IMG/VR virus record: IMGVR_UViG_3300047089_000244
Span: 1 to 64,000 of that record
Reading direction: 5' to 3' (one strand)
DNA from: a virus
Length of the DNA: 64,000 nucleotides
Shown: piece after piece, positions 28,228 through 38,157 of the stretch
Layout: the number at the start of each line of letters is the position of its first letter
Position numbering within the stretch: position 1 is the stretch's first letter
Notes under the pieces: generated by a model
Databases searched by the model: none
What the model was told of the DNA's origin: nothing
What the model saw: only the letters and a program-made list of their open reading frames with translations
Translations under genes and position numbers: made by a program

Positions 28228-30503
28228 TAGTGACCCCCAGTCGGTTCATTGCGCTGGGCCTTTTCAGATGCCCTTAGCATTGATGCGTTTAGAGGAATTT
28301 CGCCTGCGGAATTTGGCTGTGCGGCCTTGCTAGCTGTTGAGGTACCGCCCGCATTCTGTTCAGCATTTGCATTAGCAGATGGGAACTTCAACTTAAAGAA
28401 TGCCTTAGCTGGTCCGGCTAATTCAATTTTAGCATTTTCTTCGTTTTGCTTTTCGATACTCACCTTATTGAGATTTTCAAGTGCTTTCGAGATATCTCCT
28501 GATTGCTTCCATAGGTCGTCCTTTTTGATCTTCGACAGTTCCTCTGGTTTCAACCCTGCTGCTGAAGCTGTGGCATATAGACCTTTGGACCCTCCCAATT
28601 CCTTTTCAATCAAACCCCTCTGATGTTGATTGAGTGCACCAGACTTTGCAGCAGTATCACCTGCCGACTGAAGAGCTTTTTTGAGTGAATCCCTTTCTTC
28701 GTGGATGGTGTCTCTAATTTGTTCGGCCATCGCTGGATAACCTTCTGATTCTTGCTTCTTAGCTTCGCCTTCCAGTTTGGCGATATGAGCTTCCTTCCCG
28801 TGCCCAATGGCTATAGCCCGGTGAGCCTTAGCACCCTGGGTAGAATGATACTTGTTCCAGTTTTCCATTTCATAACGATGCTTTTGGATGGTTGACGCCT
28901 CTCCCATTCCTCCTTGAACAGCTTCGAGTTTAGGACCGATTTCTTTCAGCCGTTTAGCTTGTTCAGCAGTAATGCTCGGTTCGAGCATGTGAATATAGCC
29001 GCCTTCCTTTTCGGCGGCCGTCTCAGTTACTTCCCATTTGCCCGTGACCTTATTCAGGTTACGTGTATCCGACTGCTTTGGTACGTAGCCCGAGACTTTC
29101 TTGACGGTTTCCCAAGCATTGAGCGCAGCGGCGTTGCCAGACATTCCTTGGATCTCCCAAGGCATTATCCCTTTAGAAAGTGCCTGGACTTGACCAAACT
29201 GTCCTTCATTGATCCCTTGAACAAGAAGCGGATTCATTTTGGTGGACTTTGCGATTTCACCATATGCGGTGAGCCCGTGGATCATAGTCGATCCTCCTGA
29301 GACGCTCTTGGCCATGAACTCCTGAGCTTTGACCGCTTCGGCTTCAAGTGTTTGGTGGGTCATCTTCGCAGTTTCCGCTAGCTGTTCGATACCTTGTGTT
29401 AGTTCACCGATATTACCTGAACCCAACTTGAGTGCACTAGTAAATTCAGCAAGGACCTCGGGATTTTTGAACCCCTTCTTCATAAGTGGTTCCATAGCTA
29501 ATGCCAAATTCTCTTGTTCGCCACCTACCGTAAGTCCTAACATACCTCCGCTACGTTGGTTAGACCAACCTTGCTGACCCAAAGCTTGACGTAGAGAATT
29601 GGCTTCTCCGATGCCAATACCTGTTCCTCCGATGGCTGCTTCGGCAGCATTGGTTATTGTGCCCAAACCCTGTTTACCAGCCGGACTTGTGAAAGCGGCT
29701 ATCGGGTTAGGAATGCCGAAGTAGTGACTTGCGCCAAGTAAGCCGCCGCCCAAACCTTCTCCCTGCGGCGAATAACCCAAAGATGCGCCTGCGTTTGATG
29801 CACCAAAGCCTATATCCATGAGAGGACGCAAAGCGCGCTGATGCAGAATGTTTAATGGAACAGCGGCTTCAGAAAGACTTGCAAATTTACCTGAAATTTG
29901 CCCTGCTGCCATTGAACCCTGACCTGCGAGCCATTGACCTGCGTCCATAGGCGAGCGGCCTGCTTCTTGCTCGCCTTCGGCATATTGACCGTATTTTTTG
30001 ATCGCAAATTTCCCAGATACCTGCGACGCCAATTTGAGGACTGTATCCAACTGCCAATCACCGAACTGCGGGATACGGATTTGTTCTTCCTCAAGCCTTT
30101 GGGCTTCGACGTTTGTCTTACCTGCGATGGGGCTCGGGCCTCTACCTGGACCTGTAGAGGTGCTCAGCGACGTGCCTGGACGAAGCGCAGGGCCACCTGT
30201 TGATTCATCCCACTGGGTGCGTGGTTCCCCGGCAAGGGATGCATCAGGACCTAACCTTCCTGGCTCGCTTGTACCAATACGCCCTCCGGGGCCAGCTTGC
30301 GAAATGAATTTGCGAATGGTGTCTGATGGTTCAAGTGCTTCTAGACCATTATCAGCCGCTAGTTTCTTCTGAGCAAGGGCCAACTCCATTGTGGGTGCGG
30401 CAAGTGCCTCGACGTGACGGTCGAGGCTTTCGAGCGCCTGCTGAAGCTTTTCAGACGCAACCCGTTGCATACGGACGGGATCGAGATCATCTCCTGTAGC
30501 CAT
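28227..30503 (-). CDS. tape measure protein
   Basis: 758 aa, Ala/Gly-rich and helical; downstream of frameshifted tail chaperones. Confidence 0.75.
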   Translation of the reverse strand: MATGDDLDPVRMQRVASEKLQQALESLDRHVEALAAPTMELALAQKKLAADNGLEALEPSDTIRKFISQAGPGGRIGTSEPGRLGPDASLAGEPRTQWDESTGGPALRPGTSLSTSTGPGRGPSPIAGKTNVEAQRLEEEQIRIPQFGDWQLDTVLKLASQVSGKFAIKKYGQYAEGEQEAGRSPMDAGQWLAGQGSMAAGQISGKFASLSEAAVPLNILHQRALRPLMDIGFGASNAGASLGYSPQGEGLGGGLLGASHYFGIPNPIAAFTSPAGKQGLGTITNAAEAAIGGTGIGIGEANSLRQALGQQGWSNQRSGGMLGLTVGGEQENLALAMEPLMKKGFKNPEVLAEFTSALKLGSGNIGELTQGIEQLAETAKMTHQTLEAEAVKAQEFMAKSVSGGSTMIHGLTAYGEIAKSTKMNPLLVQGINEGQFGQVQALSKGIMPWEIQGMSGNAAALNAWETVKKVSGYVPKQSDTRNLNKVTGKWEVTETAAEKEGGYIHMLEPSITAEQAKRLKEIGPKLEAVQGGMGEASTIQKHRYEMENWNKYHSTQGAKAHRAIAIGHGKEAHIAKLEGEAKKQESEGYPAMAEQIRDTIHEERDSLKKALQSAGDTAAKSGALNQHQRGLIEKELGGSKGLYATASAAGLKPEELSKIKKDDLWKQSGDISKALENLNKVSIEKQNEENAKIELAGPAKAFFKLKFPSANANAEQNAGGTSTASKAAQPNSAGEIPLNASMLRASEKAQRNEPTGGH

Positions 30504-30577
30504 GCTACTGATTACGCTGCGTTCGACTCTATTCTCTCAAGCTAGACTTATGCTGCATGATCTGCTATACTACGTAT

Positions 30578-30781
30578 ATGAGCTATCCGGGACTTATCTT
30601 CGTTTGGACGATTATGGTGCTGTTGGTTTGGGGATCGGGGTGGTGTGTCCTCATGACCGGCCGCGCGGGCAATGGAGCCAAAGACAAAGGAATCGAGGGG
30701 TTCTACCGTAGGCTCTTACGTTCGTGGGCAGCCTTGTGGGTTGCGGTATGGTTGGTCCTGAGCATTGCTAGCCTCGCTTAG
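30578..30781 (+). CDS. small two-TM membrane protein
   Basis: TAGACT-17-TATACT-6-ATG leaderless promoter; two hydrophobic segments. Confidence 0.7.
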   Translation: MSYPGLIFVWTIMVLLVWGSGWCVLMTGRAGNGAKDKGIEGFYRRLLRSWAALWVAVWLVLSIASLA

Positions 30782-31562
30782 GCAGGCGCGGGAGCATAGC
30801 CATCGCCCTCCCATTCACGGATCATCTCCTCGAAATCCTCCTCAGAAGTTGGGTAGCGGATGATCGTACCGGGACCCTCAGGCACCAAATCTTTGCCGTA
30901 TAGCTCCTTCCACATATCGGGGTTGGAGATGAACATCGAGCGTTCAAGATCGACTTGATCGTTGTCTTTCTCGATTCGATTTTCCTCGTCATGCAGACAC
31001 ATGACAAGCTCAGCTTGAAGATCGTTTAGAGCGGGGTATCCGAATTGATCACTGCGCCCAAAGTATCCGGCACGATCAAGGAATCGGGCAAGGGCGGCGA
31101 AGGGACCCGGTTCCTCTCGGAGAAATCCTGTAACTCTCGAATGCCATCAAGGGCTTCCTGCTCCAATTCGAGATAGCGAGCGTAAAGAAACGAGAGCGTG
31201 GGCTGATACCACTTTTGCGTGACATAATTCAACCGTGCTTTAGCGAAGCTATCTAGATCAGGACCAGCCTTAGGACAAAACTCGCTCTCCCCGTCCACGG
31301 ACGAAAGGCTTAGTCCGACTTGCGCATTCGCCCAGACCTCACCCTCAGAAATGGTGCCGCGCCACGGGTGGATCGCGATTGATACCGCAGCCTTCTCAGA
31401 AGGATAAAGTGTACGTAGCGAAAACCTATGTCCACAGAACTCGACCTCTTTCTCTATGTGGCCAAGAAACGTGAGTCCACGAACAGCAAGTCGTATCTGA
31501 TCTGAGAAGAGTGAGAACGGATCGACGCGCGAGTCCTCTGGGGGTGCTGCTTGATCTGACAT
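30778..31562 (-). CDS. tail assembly chaperone G and -1 frameshifted G-T product
   Basis: G = 31562..31026; slippery G GAT TTC at 31128-31122; -1 frame open to 30778; between tube and tape measure. Confidence 0.85.
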
Positions 31563-31598
31563 AATACCTCCTGTGCCCTTTCAAGGGCCTTGACTAAC

Positions 31599-32270
31599 TT
31601 ACAGCGGATTGTCGCGGACCTTGAATGCGAGCGATGGGTTACCGTTACGGGTTACATAGCGGAAGTTCACTGTGATCTGCTTCAACACTTCCATTGTTCC
31701 GATGGCAATTTGCTCGCCGTCCTGCACATTGGTGATAACGCACCCGTGGTACTCCTCCGTATATGGAGTGATCGGAGAACCCGCAGGTCCCGAAGCTCCA
31801 AGCGGACGGATGATCTTAACGATTTGAGTCTTTGCCGGTTCAGATTGAGCCTGGCGAATGAAGATGTCTACGATGTCAACTGCGCCCATGAAGATTCCGC
31901 CGTTGTTCGGGCCAGTTAGTTTGAAATTGGTGCTCTGGTTTTCGGGAGTTTCGGAACCAAAGGGACCATTCTTGGCACCAAGGCTTAGCCCTAGGCGATC
32001 CCAGACCTTGGACGCTGTTCCGCCGCTACCGAATAGCTCAAACATGTTGAGTACGATCTGACCCGGCCCTGCTGCGGCAGGTGTGATGATCTCGATGGGG
32101 TAGGGCTCATCCAATGGCTGGATGGCTGACATGCCTCCACCGACCGGCTGAGGGGATGTATAGGATGCCTGCTGGCAGAACGTAATGGGTTGACCACCGA
32201 ACGTGAAGATCGTGAAGCCTGAACCACCTACGCGGACTCTTGAAGTGAATGTCGGATCTGTAGACGCCAT
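31599..32270 (-). CDS. tail tube protein
   Basis: Follows sheath; RVGGSGFT.F...IQPLD..YP.EI.TP; YHGCVIT...E. Confidence 0.85.
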   Translation of the reverse strand: MASTDPTFTSRVRVGGSGFTIFTFGGQPITFCQQASYTSPQPVGGGMSAIQPLDEPYPIEIITPAAAGPGQIVLNMFELFGSGGTASKVWDRLGLSLGAKNGPFGSETPENQSTNFKLTGPNNGGIFMGAVDIVDIFIRQAQSEPAKTQIVKIIRPLGASGPAGSPITPYTEEYHGCVITNVQDGEQIAIGTMEVLKQITVNFRYVTRNGNPSLAFKVRDNPL

Positions 32271-32276
32271 TAGCTA

Positions 32277-34046
32277 TTACCCGAGCGATCCGTTCTGTGA
32301 ATTTTCAGTAATCGTGACGGTGTTGCTTGAAAGGTCGAGCGCGAACACGATATCGATGTAGTTGAGAGTGAAGGCTGGGCGATATGAGTAGCTCGCTGTA
32401 ATAGTGGTTGGTTCGAGTGATGCGATCTGTACGACAGGGGTCTTGAAGTCCACGAGGTCGCCTGCTGACTGGAGTGCACTGAGTACACCAACGATGGCAG
32501 AACGTACAATGATTGGCGAGTTACCATCAGCGATGATCTGACCGATGATCTGGTTTTCGAGCGTCTCTTTGACGGATTCAACCATCAAGAACTTGGCACG
32601 AACCACCGATACCTCAGAGCGAGATGCACCATGGCCGGTGTCGAGTGAAATCGCGTGGCGACACTGGATTTGCCCACTTCGGACCTGCTCAATGACCATG
32701 AGCCCTTCGCCACCGTCTTCGTTCTTCTGTGCTGGAGTCCTGAGATCGCGGACTTTAGTGAAGCCGGTAATACCCTTGCGAGTTAGTGACGAAGCAACTG
32801 GACGAGAGGCTAGCGCTCCCGCCACTGCTGCGGCCATGTACTGGCCTCCAATGTTGGCTTCGCCTCCTTCGGGGAGGGAGATGCTGAAGTTACCACCGTT
32901 GATCAAGATGTTCTGTGCCGCAAGCTTGCCTCCGGCGTACGCGCGAACATTACGGGCATGCGACCAGAGGGTTGTCTCTAGAGCTTCTCCGGTAGTAGAA
33001 TCCTCACCAAAGACTCCGTAGATGAACTGCTCTTCGACCTCTCGATATTGCTCGTAACCGAGTACGGCGCTGATGATCGAGTTCATCGAGCCATCTTTGA
33101 CTTCTTTCTGCGCCTGACCAACGACGGGCACAATGAGATCAATAGCTTCAACTAGGTTGAGGGCTTTGAGAGTGCCTTCCCATGTTTTCGCTTCAGAGTT
33201 TTGTTTCGCAGTTGGCTGTTCTGCGTTGATGATAAAACCGTTTGCGTTGTATTCTGGTTCTGTGCCGCTGCTCAGAGCGAAGAGCGGCTGAAGAATGAGA
33301 TTACCTGCGCCGCTTTCGAATGCCTTCTGCGCAGCAAGGCTGAGCGGCGATGTATATTCACCTTGTCCGTTCTTTTCAAGTGCATTTCCAAAGCGATTCT
33401 GGACTTCATTAAAGTTGAAGAGACGGATCGGATTGTAATAACCCGCCGGAACGTAGGTGTAGGTTACATTGACAAGCTGGTTGGCTTTGATCAGACCGCC
33501 ATTAATGCGTATGACGGCACCGATTTCTTTGTCCACTTTGTATGCGCCAACGCCTTCTTTGTATTCCTTGAAGCCCTTACCTTCATTTTCACCTTCGGCA
33601 GGATTCGTTGCGCTGTAGACTGAAACAACCGATTCAAGTTTTGATCCAGGGAGAGAAGCCAAGAACGGAAGCGGTGTCGGTTCCAGTTCGAAGACGAGTG
33701 TAGTTTCTTCGGTTTTCGTTGCTTCTAGACTGAGTTCGACTTCGGTTTCGCTAGGAACAGCGGTGACTGTGGTTTTTGCAGGAATACCTGAACCAGTTAC
33801 AGTCGAACCGACTGAGATCAATTCTTTGGCTTTTTCAAGCCCGGTGACGGTTTTCGATGCAGATTTGATTTTTGCTTTTTTGGCTTCATATGCTCCGCCA
33901 CCCAAACGTACTTGATCAGTTCGTGTTTGGTGACCTAGAGTTAGGCCAACAAGCACCACTTCAGAGGATGAAGAAATGAGCGGGACAACCTGCGGGGCGA
34001 CTGCCTCCGTGATATTGACGCCAGGTGGTACGTACGGTTGAGCCAT
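32277..34046 (-). CDS. tail sheath protein
   Basis: Y.PPGV...E N-terminus; AAAVAG...LTRK.I.GF; E.SVVR; Y.P...LNYI. Confidence 0.92.
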   Translation of the reverse strand: MAQPYVPPGVNITEAVAPQVVPLISSSSEVVLVGLTLGHQTRTDQVRLGGGAYEAKKAKIKSASKTVTGLEKAKELISVGSTVTGSGIPAKTTVTAVPSETEVELSLEATKTEETTLVFELEPTPLPFLASLPGSKLESVVSVYSATNPAEGENEGKGFKEYKEGVGAYKVDKEIGAVIRINGGLIKANQLVNVTYTYVPAGYYNPIRLFNFNEVQNRFGNALEKNGQGEYTSPLSLAAQKAFESGAGNLILQPLFALSSGTEPEYNANGFIINAEQPTAKQNSEAKTWEGTLKALNLVEAIDLIVPVVGQAQKEVKDGSMNSIISAVLGYEQYREVEEQFIYGVFGEDSTTGEALETTLWSHARNVRAYAGGKLAAQNILINGGNFSISLPEGGEANIGGQYMAAAVAGALASRPVASSLTRKGITGFTKVRDLRTPAQKNEDGGEGLMVIEQVRSGQIQCRHAISLDTGHGASRSEVSVVRAKFLMVESVKETLENQIIGQIIADGNSPIIVRSAIVGVLSALQSAGDLVDFKTPVVQIASLEPTTITASYSYRPAFTLNYIDIVFALDLSSNTVTITENSQNGSLG

Positions 34047-34083
34047 TCTATAGGTTATTGCCTAGGAGGGCGGCGATAGTAAG

Positions 34084-35172
34084 CTACAGCTTGCGCGGTT
34101 CGAGTTTTGCCTGGAACGTCTGTTGCGCATCAAAGGCTCGACGCCTTTCACCAAAGATGGGTGGGAAGTTATAATAGTCTTCGTTTGGTACTTTGCCTTC
34201 GGGGAATTCGTCAGGATCAACTTCACCATGCTGGCCTTCAGGTGTAGATGAAATTCCTGTCGTACTCCATGGGTAAAGCTTGACGCGCTTAACCAGACCA
34301 AGGGTGCCCTTGTGTCCTTTCGGCGTGATGCTATAGAACTCACCAATGATCGGGACACGATACTCTGCACGATAGACCCAGGTATCCTCTGGCATCCATG
34401 GTGCGATTTCCTCGCGGTCGCCGTAACCTGAGAGTAAATCAGTATTGACAGCGATGAAATGCCAATCTGAGTAGGGGCTGAGCCCGATCGTGTCATAGAT
34501 ACGTTCCTGAAAAGACTTACCCTCTTCCCCAACGACGCCCATTTGTACGACTTCAACTAGGGCATCAGCTATCTTGTCACGGTCAGGAGAGTTGAGGCCA
34601 TAAATCTCTAGCGCCACATCGCCATGGTAGATACTGTGATGATACTCAATGAACTTTTCGTTAATACTGAGTTCGCCTCGAAGCGATAGAGTTGTTTCAC
34701 GAGTTTCAAATGCGTTCTTATTGATCAAAACACTAGACTCGCTGGTAATCCTAATGACGATAGCATTTTTCGGTATGCCATTACCTTTGACTTCAGTGAT
34801 TCCTGGAAAGAGATCCTGAGTTGTAGCGAGCCCAGTGATTTCACCAGAGCCTTCTGTAATATGGCCGGTGCCTTTGAGTTCAATTACATCGGTTTCAGGA
34901 CCCCACTCCATATGTCCGACACCTGCGTTCTTAAGTTGCTGCTCGTAGAACTTAACGACAATAGACGGAAAGTTGGCGCGCGTTGTTTGGTAGTCCGGAC
35001 CGATTTTCGTTTTATGCAAGGTCGGGTCTTCGTAAAGTTCAAAACCGTTCTGGAGCGCCTCAGTTATCGTGCGCTTCAGGAAAGTCTTATACTGAAGTGT
35101 CTGTTGTGCGAGGTACCTCGGTTTGACGGTACGTGGATTAGGGACGACTGATTGTTGATCCTTTTGAGCCAT
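34084..35172 (-). CDS. tail terminator/completion protein
   Basis: FPSIVV...AGVG, I.GL.S.DRD.I.D; upstream of sheath. Confidence 0.65.
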   Translation of the reverse strand: MAQKDQQSVVPNPRTVKPRYLAQQTLQYKTFLKRTITEALQNGFELYEDPTLHKTKIGPDYQTTRANFPSIVVKFYEQQLKNAGVGHMEWGPETDVIELKGTGHITEGSGEITGLATTQDLFPGITEVKGNGIPKNAIVIRITSESSVLINKNAFETRETTLSLRGELSINEKFIEYHHSIYHGDVALEIYGLNSPDRDKIADALVEVVQMGVVGEEGKSFQERIYDTIGLSPYSDWHFIAVNTDLLSGYGDREEIAPWMPEDTWVYRAEYRVPIIGEFYSITPKGHKGTLGLVKRVKLYPWSTTGISSTPEGQHGEVDPDEFPEGKVPNEDYYNFPPIFGERRRAFDAQQTFQAKLEPRKL

Positions 35173-35939
35173 TAGCGATCAGTCTCAACTTTGTAAATAG
35201 GATCAGTTTCCGGCACCTTATTCGCTTCACACTGCTGACCAACGAGATGACGATTGCCTCCAGCCGTCATGTTGAGTGTATCTAGCTCGCGCCGCCCATA
35301 CCCATCGCGTTGAAGAGCCGCTGCTCCACGCATTGTGATTGGTGCAACCATCTTGAGTTGATAGCGCTCAAATGTCTGGAGGATATTCTCCGAGGAATTG
35401 ATTTCGCAAGTGATGAGAAGATCGTTATCAGCAACTTGTGGATACCATGGAAGCTGGAGACGTGCTTGCTGTGTCCTGATGAGGGCACCCTCCTCCGTGA
35501 GCTTATATCGATCTTCTGGAGCATCAGGAAGGATGACATAGGTCAAGTAGCCAGGACCAAAGCCACGATAGAGCGGAGCGGCTTCCCATTCGGGTTCTGG
35601 TTCTTCTCGGATGATGAGTTCTGCTGGTTCTGTTTCGGTAGCAGGTTTGATCCACTCACCACGGGGAGCCTTTTCGACTGAGACGTAGCCGATACCGTAG
35701 GAAAGTTGGTCGTCATGAATCGGTTGTTGATAGATCGTGTCAAGTCCCACGCTCGGTTCTGCGATACCTTTTTCCACGTCCTCGATCGTGTACATATGCT
35801 TGATCAAGACTGGCGTTCCCATGCGGCGCATCGTTTCCAGCGAGAGACGACGACGACGCAGGATATCTTGAGGTACACCGCTATCGCCAAGATAACGGAT
35901 TACATTTTTGTAGATAGGTTTGAGAAGTGCGCTCGGCAT
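35172..35939 (-). CDS. head closure/head-tail protein
   Basis: Start MPSALL at 35939 (TAATG); position between adaptor and terminator. Confidence 0.6.
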   Translation of the reverse strand: MPSALLKPIYKNVIRYLGDSGVPQDILRRRRLSLETMRRMGTPVLIKHMYTIEDVEKGIAEPSVGLDTIYQQPIHDDQLSYGIGYVSVEKAPRGEWIKPATETEPAELIIREEPEPEWEAAPLYRGFGPGYLTYVILPDAPEDRYKLTEEGALIRTQQARLQLPWYPQVADNDLLITCEINSSENILQTFERYQLKMVAPITMRGAAALQRDGYGRRELDTLNMTAGGNRHLVGQQCEANKVPETDPIYKVETDR

Positions 35940-36109
35940 TAGATCACCGGGAGCCAGCCATAGCCATGACGCCAACACCACAGGCGACAGAGCCAATAGC
36001 CCAGGCGTCCACGGGGAGCTAGGTAGAGGCACGTTTCATCGCGAGTCACTTGCCAGCGCCCGTGATCGCACCAGAGTGCGGGTTTGATTGTTGGGCCGAT
36101 GTGTTCCAT
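35939..36109 (-). CDS. small Trp/Cys-rich hypothetical protein (56 aa)
   Basis: MEHIGPT...GWLPVI; GAGG SD; stop overlaps next ATG. Confidence 0.55.
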   Translation of the reverse strand: MEHIGPTIKPALWCDHGRWQVTRDETCLYLAPRGRLGYWLCRLWCWRHGYGWLPVI

Positions 36110-36122
36110 CAGTCTCGACCTC

Positions 36123-37238
36123 TTAAAAGAACCCGCGCCCGACGTTTTGCGTACGCCATGTGCCGTTGAAAAAGAGTCGTCCAGCCTTCGAACCGACCAG
36201 AAGCGCAGAATGACCCAGGTTGAGTTCTTGACGCTTGTAGAGGCGTACCATAGAGATCCAATCTTCGCGCTCTGTTGCATATGCTGTCTGCCATGCCTGT
36301 GCGTAGCGCGTGCGATCCTCGTAAGCAATCTGTGCGCCCTGTGGCACTGGTTGCTCAATGTAAGAGCGGACCATATGCAAGAGGACCTTACACATAACAC
36401 CCTTGGAGAGCAAAGGCATGAGTGGATTGATTTCGCCGTTACCAAGAGGTCGCGCGAAGTACGAGATCGAATACTGCGTCGGTGGCATTTGAACATTAAT
36501 GTCGAGCAGAGCTTCGGGGATGAAGCGTTCGATTTTTTTGACATCAAAGTGAGAGAGTGTGTAATCGCGTAAGATCGGACCACCCTCTACGGAGTCGTAC
36601 ATGTCCTCAAATCGCAACCAGACTTCTTCAGCAACAAGCTGTGGTTCAGTTGGTGGTGGAATATTGAAAGGATCGACAACAGAGAAGTTAACCATAACCG
36701 ACTTGACCTCTTGCGTGACTAACGTAAATTGTGCTTGCACGAGATATTGACCGGACTGTTCCGTGTTGGTCCATTGTAGATAGCCTTGCCCATCTTCTTC
36801 GATTTCACCAGGCCACTGGCTACCTTCGAATTCGAGTTCTATTTCTTCTGATTCGACGCCCGGTGCTTTGATGAGTGATTCGTAGTCGATTAGGATTGCC
36901 GTGCTGCTTAGGATCTTCGCCACCGTAGCTCCAGCCACAATATTGTTACCTCGTACAAGGGTCTTGCCAGGAATCAAACCTATAGTTGATGCGATCCCGC
37001 TAATTTCGAATCCTTTATTTCCTGGTACGTTTGGTTCTGGCTTATGAATGACGCCTTTGGATTTTTTGAGCGTGGCGGGATTACCAGCCAAGATTCCGTT
37101 GGGCTGCTGGATCGTGAATTCGACCCCTGCAATATCTTCCTGTGGAACAACGCCTTCGCGTTCTCGCAGAGCAGCATAAAGCTCAGCCGTATCAGAACGG
37201 TTGATAGGGTTCAACTGATAACGCACGCCGAGACTCAT
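36123..37238 (-). CDS. head-tail adaptor protein
   Basis: Start MSLGVR at 37238; D.YDS..GGP, AL.DIN...P.T, DRT.Y...W. Confidence 0.65.
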   Translation of the reverse strand: MSLGVRYQLNPINRSDTAELYAALREREGVVPQEDIAGVEFTIQQPNGILAGNPATLKKSKGVIHKPEPNVPGNKGFEISGIASTIGLIPGKTLVRGNNIVAGATVAKILSSTAILIDYESLIKAPGVESEEIELEFEGSQWPGEIEEDGQGYLQWTNTEQSGQYLVQAQFTLVTQEVKSVMVNFSVVDPFNIPPPTEPQLVAEEVWLRFEDMYDSVEGGPILRDYTLSHFDVKKIERFIPEALLDINVQMPPTQYSISYFARPLGNGEINPLMPLLSKGVMCKVLLHMVRSYIEQPVPQGAQIAYEDRTRYAQAWQTAYATEREDWISMVRLYKRQELNLGHSALLVGSKAGRLFFNGTWRTQNVGRGFF

Positions 37239-37273
37239 ACAAATTATGTCTCCGTTCTGGTAAACTACAGAGC

Positions 37274-37357
37274 ATGAATGCTGCTGAAGCACGTAAGGGG
37301 CGTCAAATAGAACAAAAACGCGCTTGGCGTGATCGGGCTCTTTCTGGAGGCTCTTGA
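37274..37357 (+). CDS. 27-aa basic micro-protein (MNAAEARKGRQIEQKRAWRDRALSGGS)
   Basis: TGgTAAACT-7-ATG leaderless promoter of the same type as other + genes. Confidence 0.5.
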   Translation: MNAAEARKGRQIEQKRAWRDRALSGGS

Positions 37358-37419
37358 CTTTCGTGGCTATGATCTGCTAAGCTACGCATATCATCTGTTT
37401 CATGAATGAAAGGAATCGC

Positions 37420-37644
37420 ATGCTTGACCAGCAACAGCCATATGCCGTAGGAGATTTGGTTCTCCATGATGAAGGAGAGTCCATAAGTGACTATCTGTAT
37501 CATCCTGAGAGGATTCCCCAAGGCCACATTACTCAAGTAATCCCCCACACGACATATACGTATGTCCTTGATTGGAAAGACGAAGCGGCGGATACTTATG
37601 AGTATGCACACGAGAAGCTTCTTCCTCCACCACCAACTCGATAA
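37420..37644 (+). CDS. small SH3-like hypothetical protein
   Basis: TTGACT-18-TAAGCT promoter; GAAAGGA SD; YAVGDLV...G.IT.V...Y..DW. Confidence 0.65.
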   Translation: MLDQQQPYAVGDLVLHDEGESISDYLYHPERIPQGHITQVIPHTTYTYVLDWKDEAADTYEYAHEKLLPPPPTR

Positions 37645-37666
37645 TCTCCTAAAACGTAAACTGCTT

Positions 37667-37691
37667 AGAACCCGCCAAGTGCGGGTTCTTT
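37667..37691 (+). terminator. intrinsic terminator
   Basis: AGAACCCGC-caagt-GCGGGTTCT-TT. Confidence 0.65.
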
Positions 37692-37706
37692 GCTATACTC
37701 ATCCAC

Positions 37707-38144
37707 ATGTACAGTCACGTCGCCGTCTTTGAGCTTGACGGAACCTTCTTGGGCTACGCCGTCAAGGAGGCTAATAACCGTACTCTCCAGTCCACGCATC
37801 TCTATGCCGAGGATGAGGGCGAGGATCTTGCCAAGCGTATTGCCGAGTTGAATGAGTCGCAGACCGTCCTTGCAGCGTGGCCGGATGCTCGTGATCCAGA
37901 TGTCCAAGCCCTCGTCAATGATCCATCCTTTCAGCCCATCGAGATGAGCGATGAGGAGGTTGTAGACACAGATAACAGCTATATCGTCTATCTCAAAGAT
38001 GCCGAGGGAGAAGACACCTTCGAGATTGATCGAGAAGCATCAGTGCTCCAGTACAAGATTGCCCAGGTCCCCGTGCGTCCCTCAGACGTGATGGCTCGCA
38101 CAAAGAAGGCTTGCGAGGTAGTTGCGCGTAGGCGCTCTAGCTGA
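37707..38144 (+). CDS. hypothetical protein
   Basis: TGcTATACT-7-ATG. Confidence 0.75.
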   Translation: MYSHVAVFELDGTFLGYAVKEANNRTLQSTHLYAEDEGEDLAKRIAELNESQTVLAAWPDARDPDVQALVNDPSFQPIEMSDEEVVDTDNSYIVYLKDAEGEDTFEIDREASVLQYKIAQVPVRPSDVMARTKKACEVVARRRSS

Positions 38145-38157
38145 TATACTCAAAGCT

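Noticed and set aside
35940-36583. Long versions of 35939..36583 and 35172..36032
   Set aside because: Shadow frames of the adaptor gene and the 56-aa gene; TAATG coupling supports starts at 36109 and 35939.
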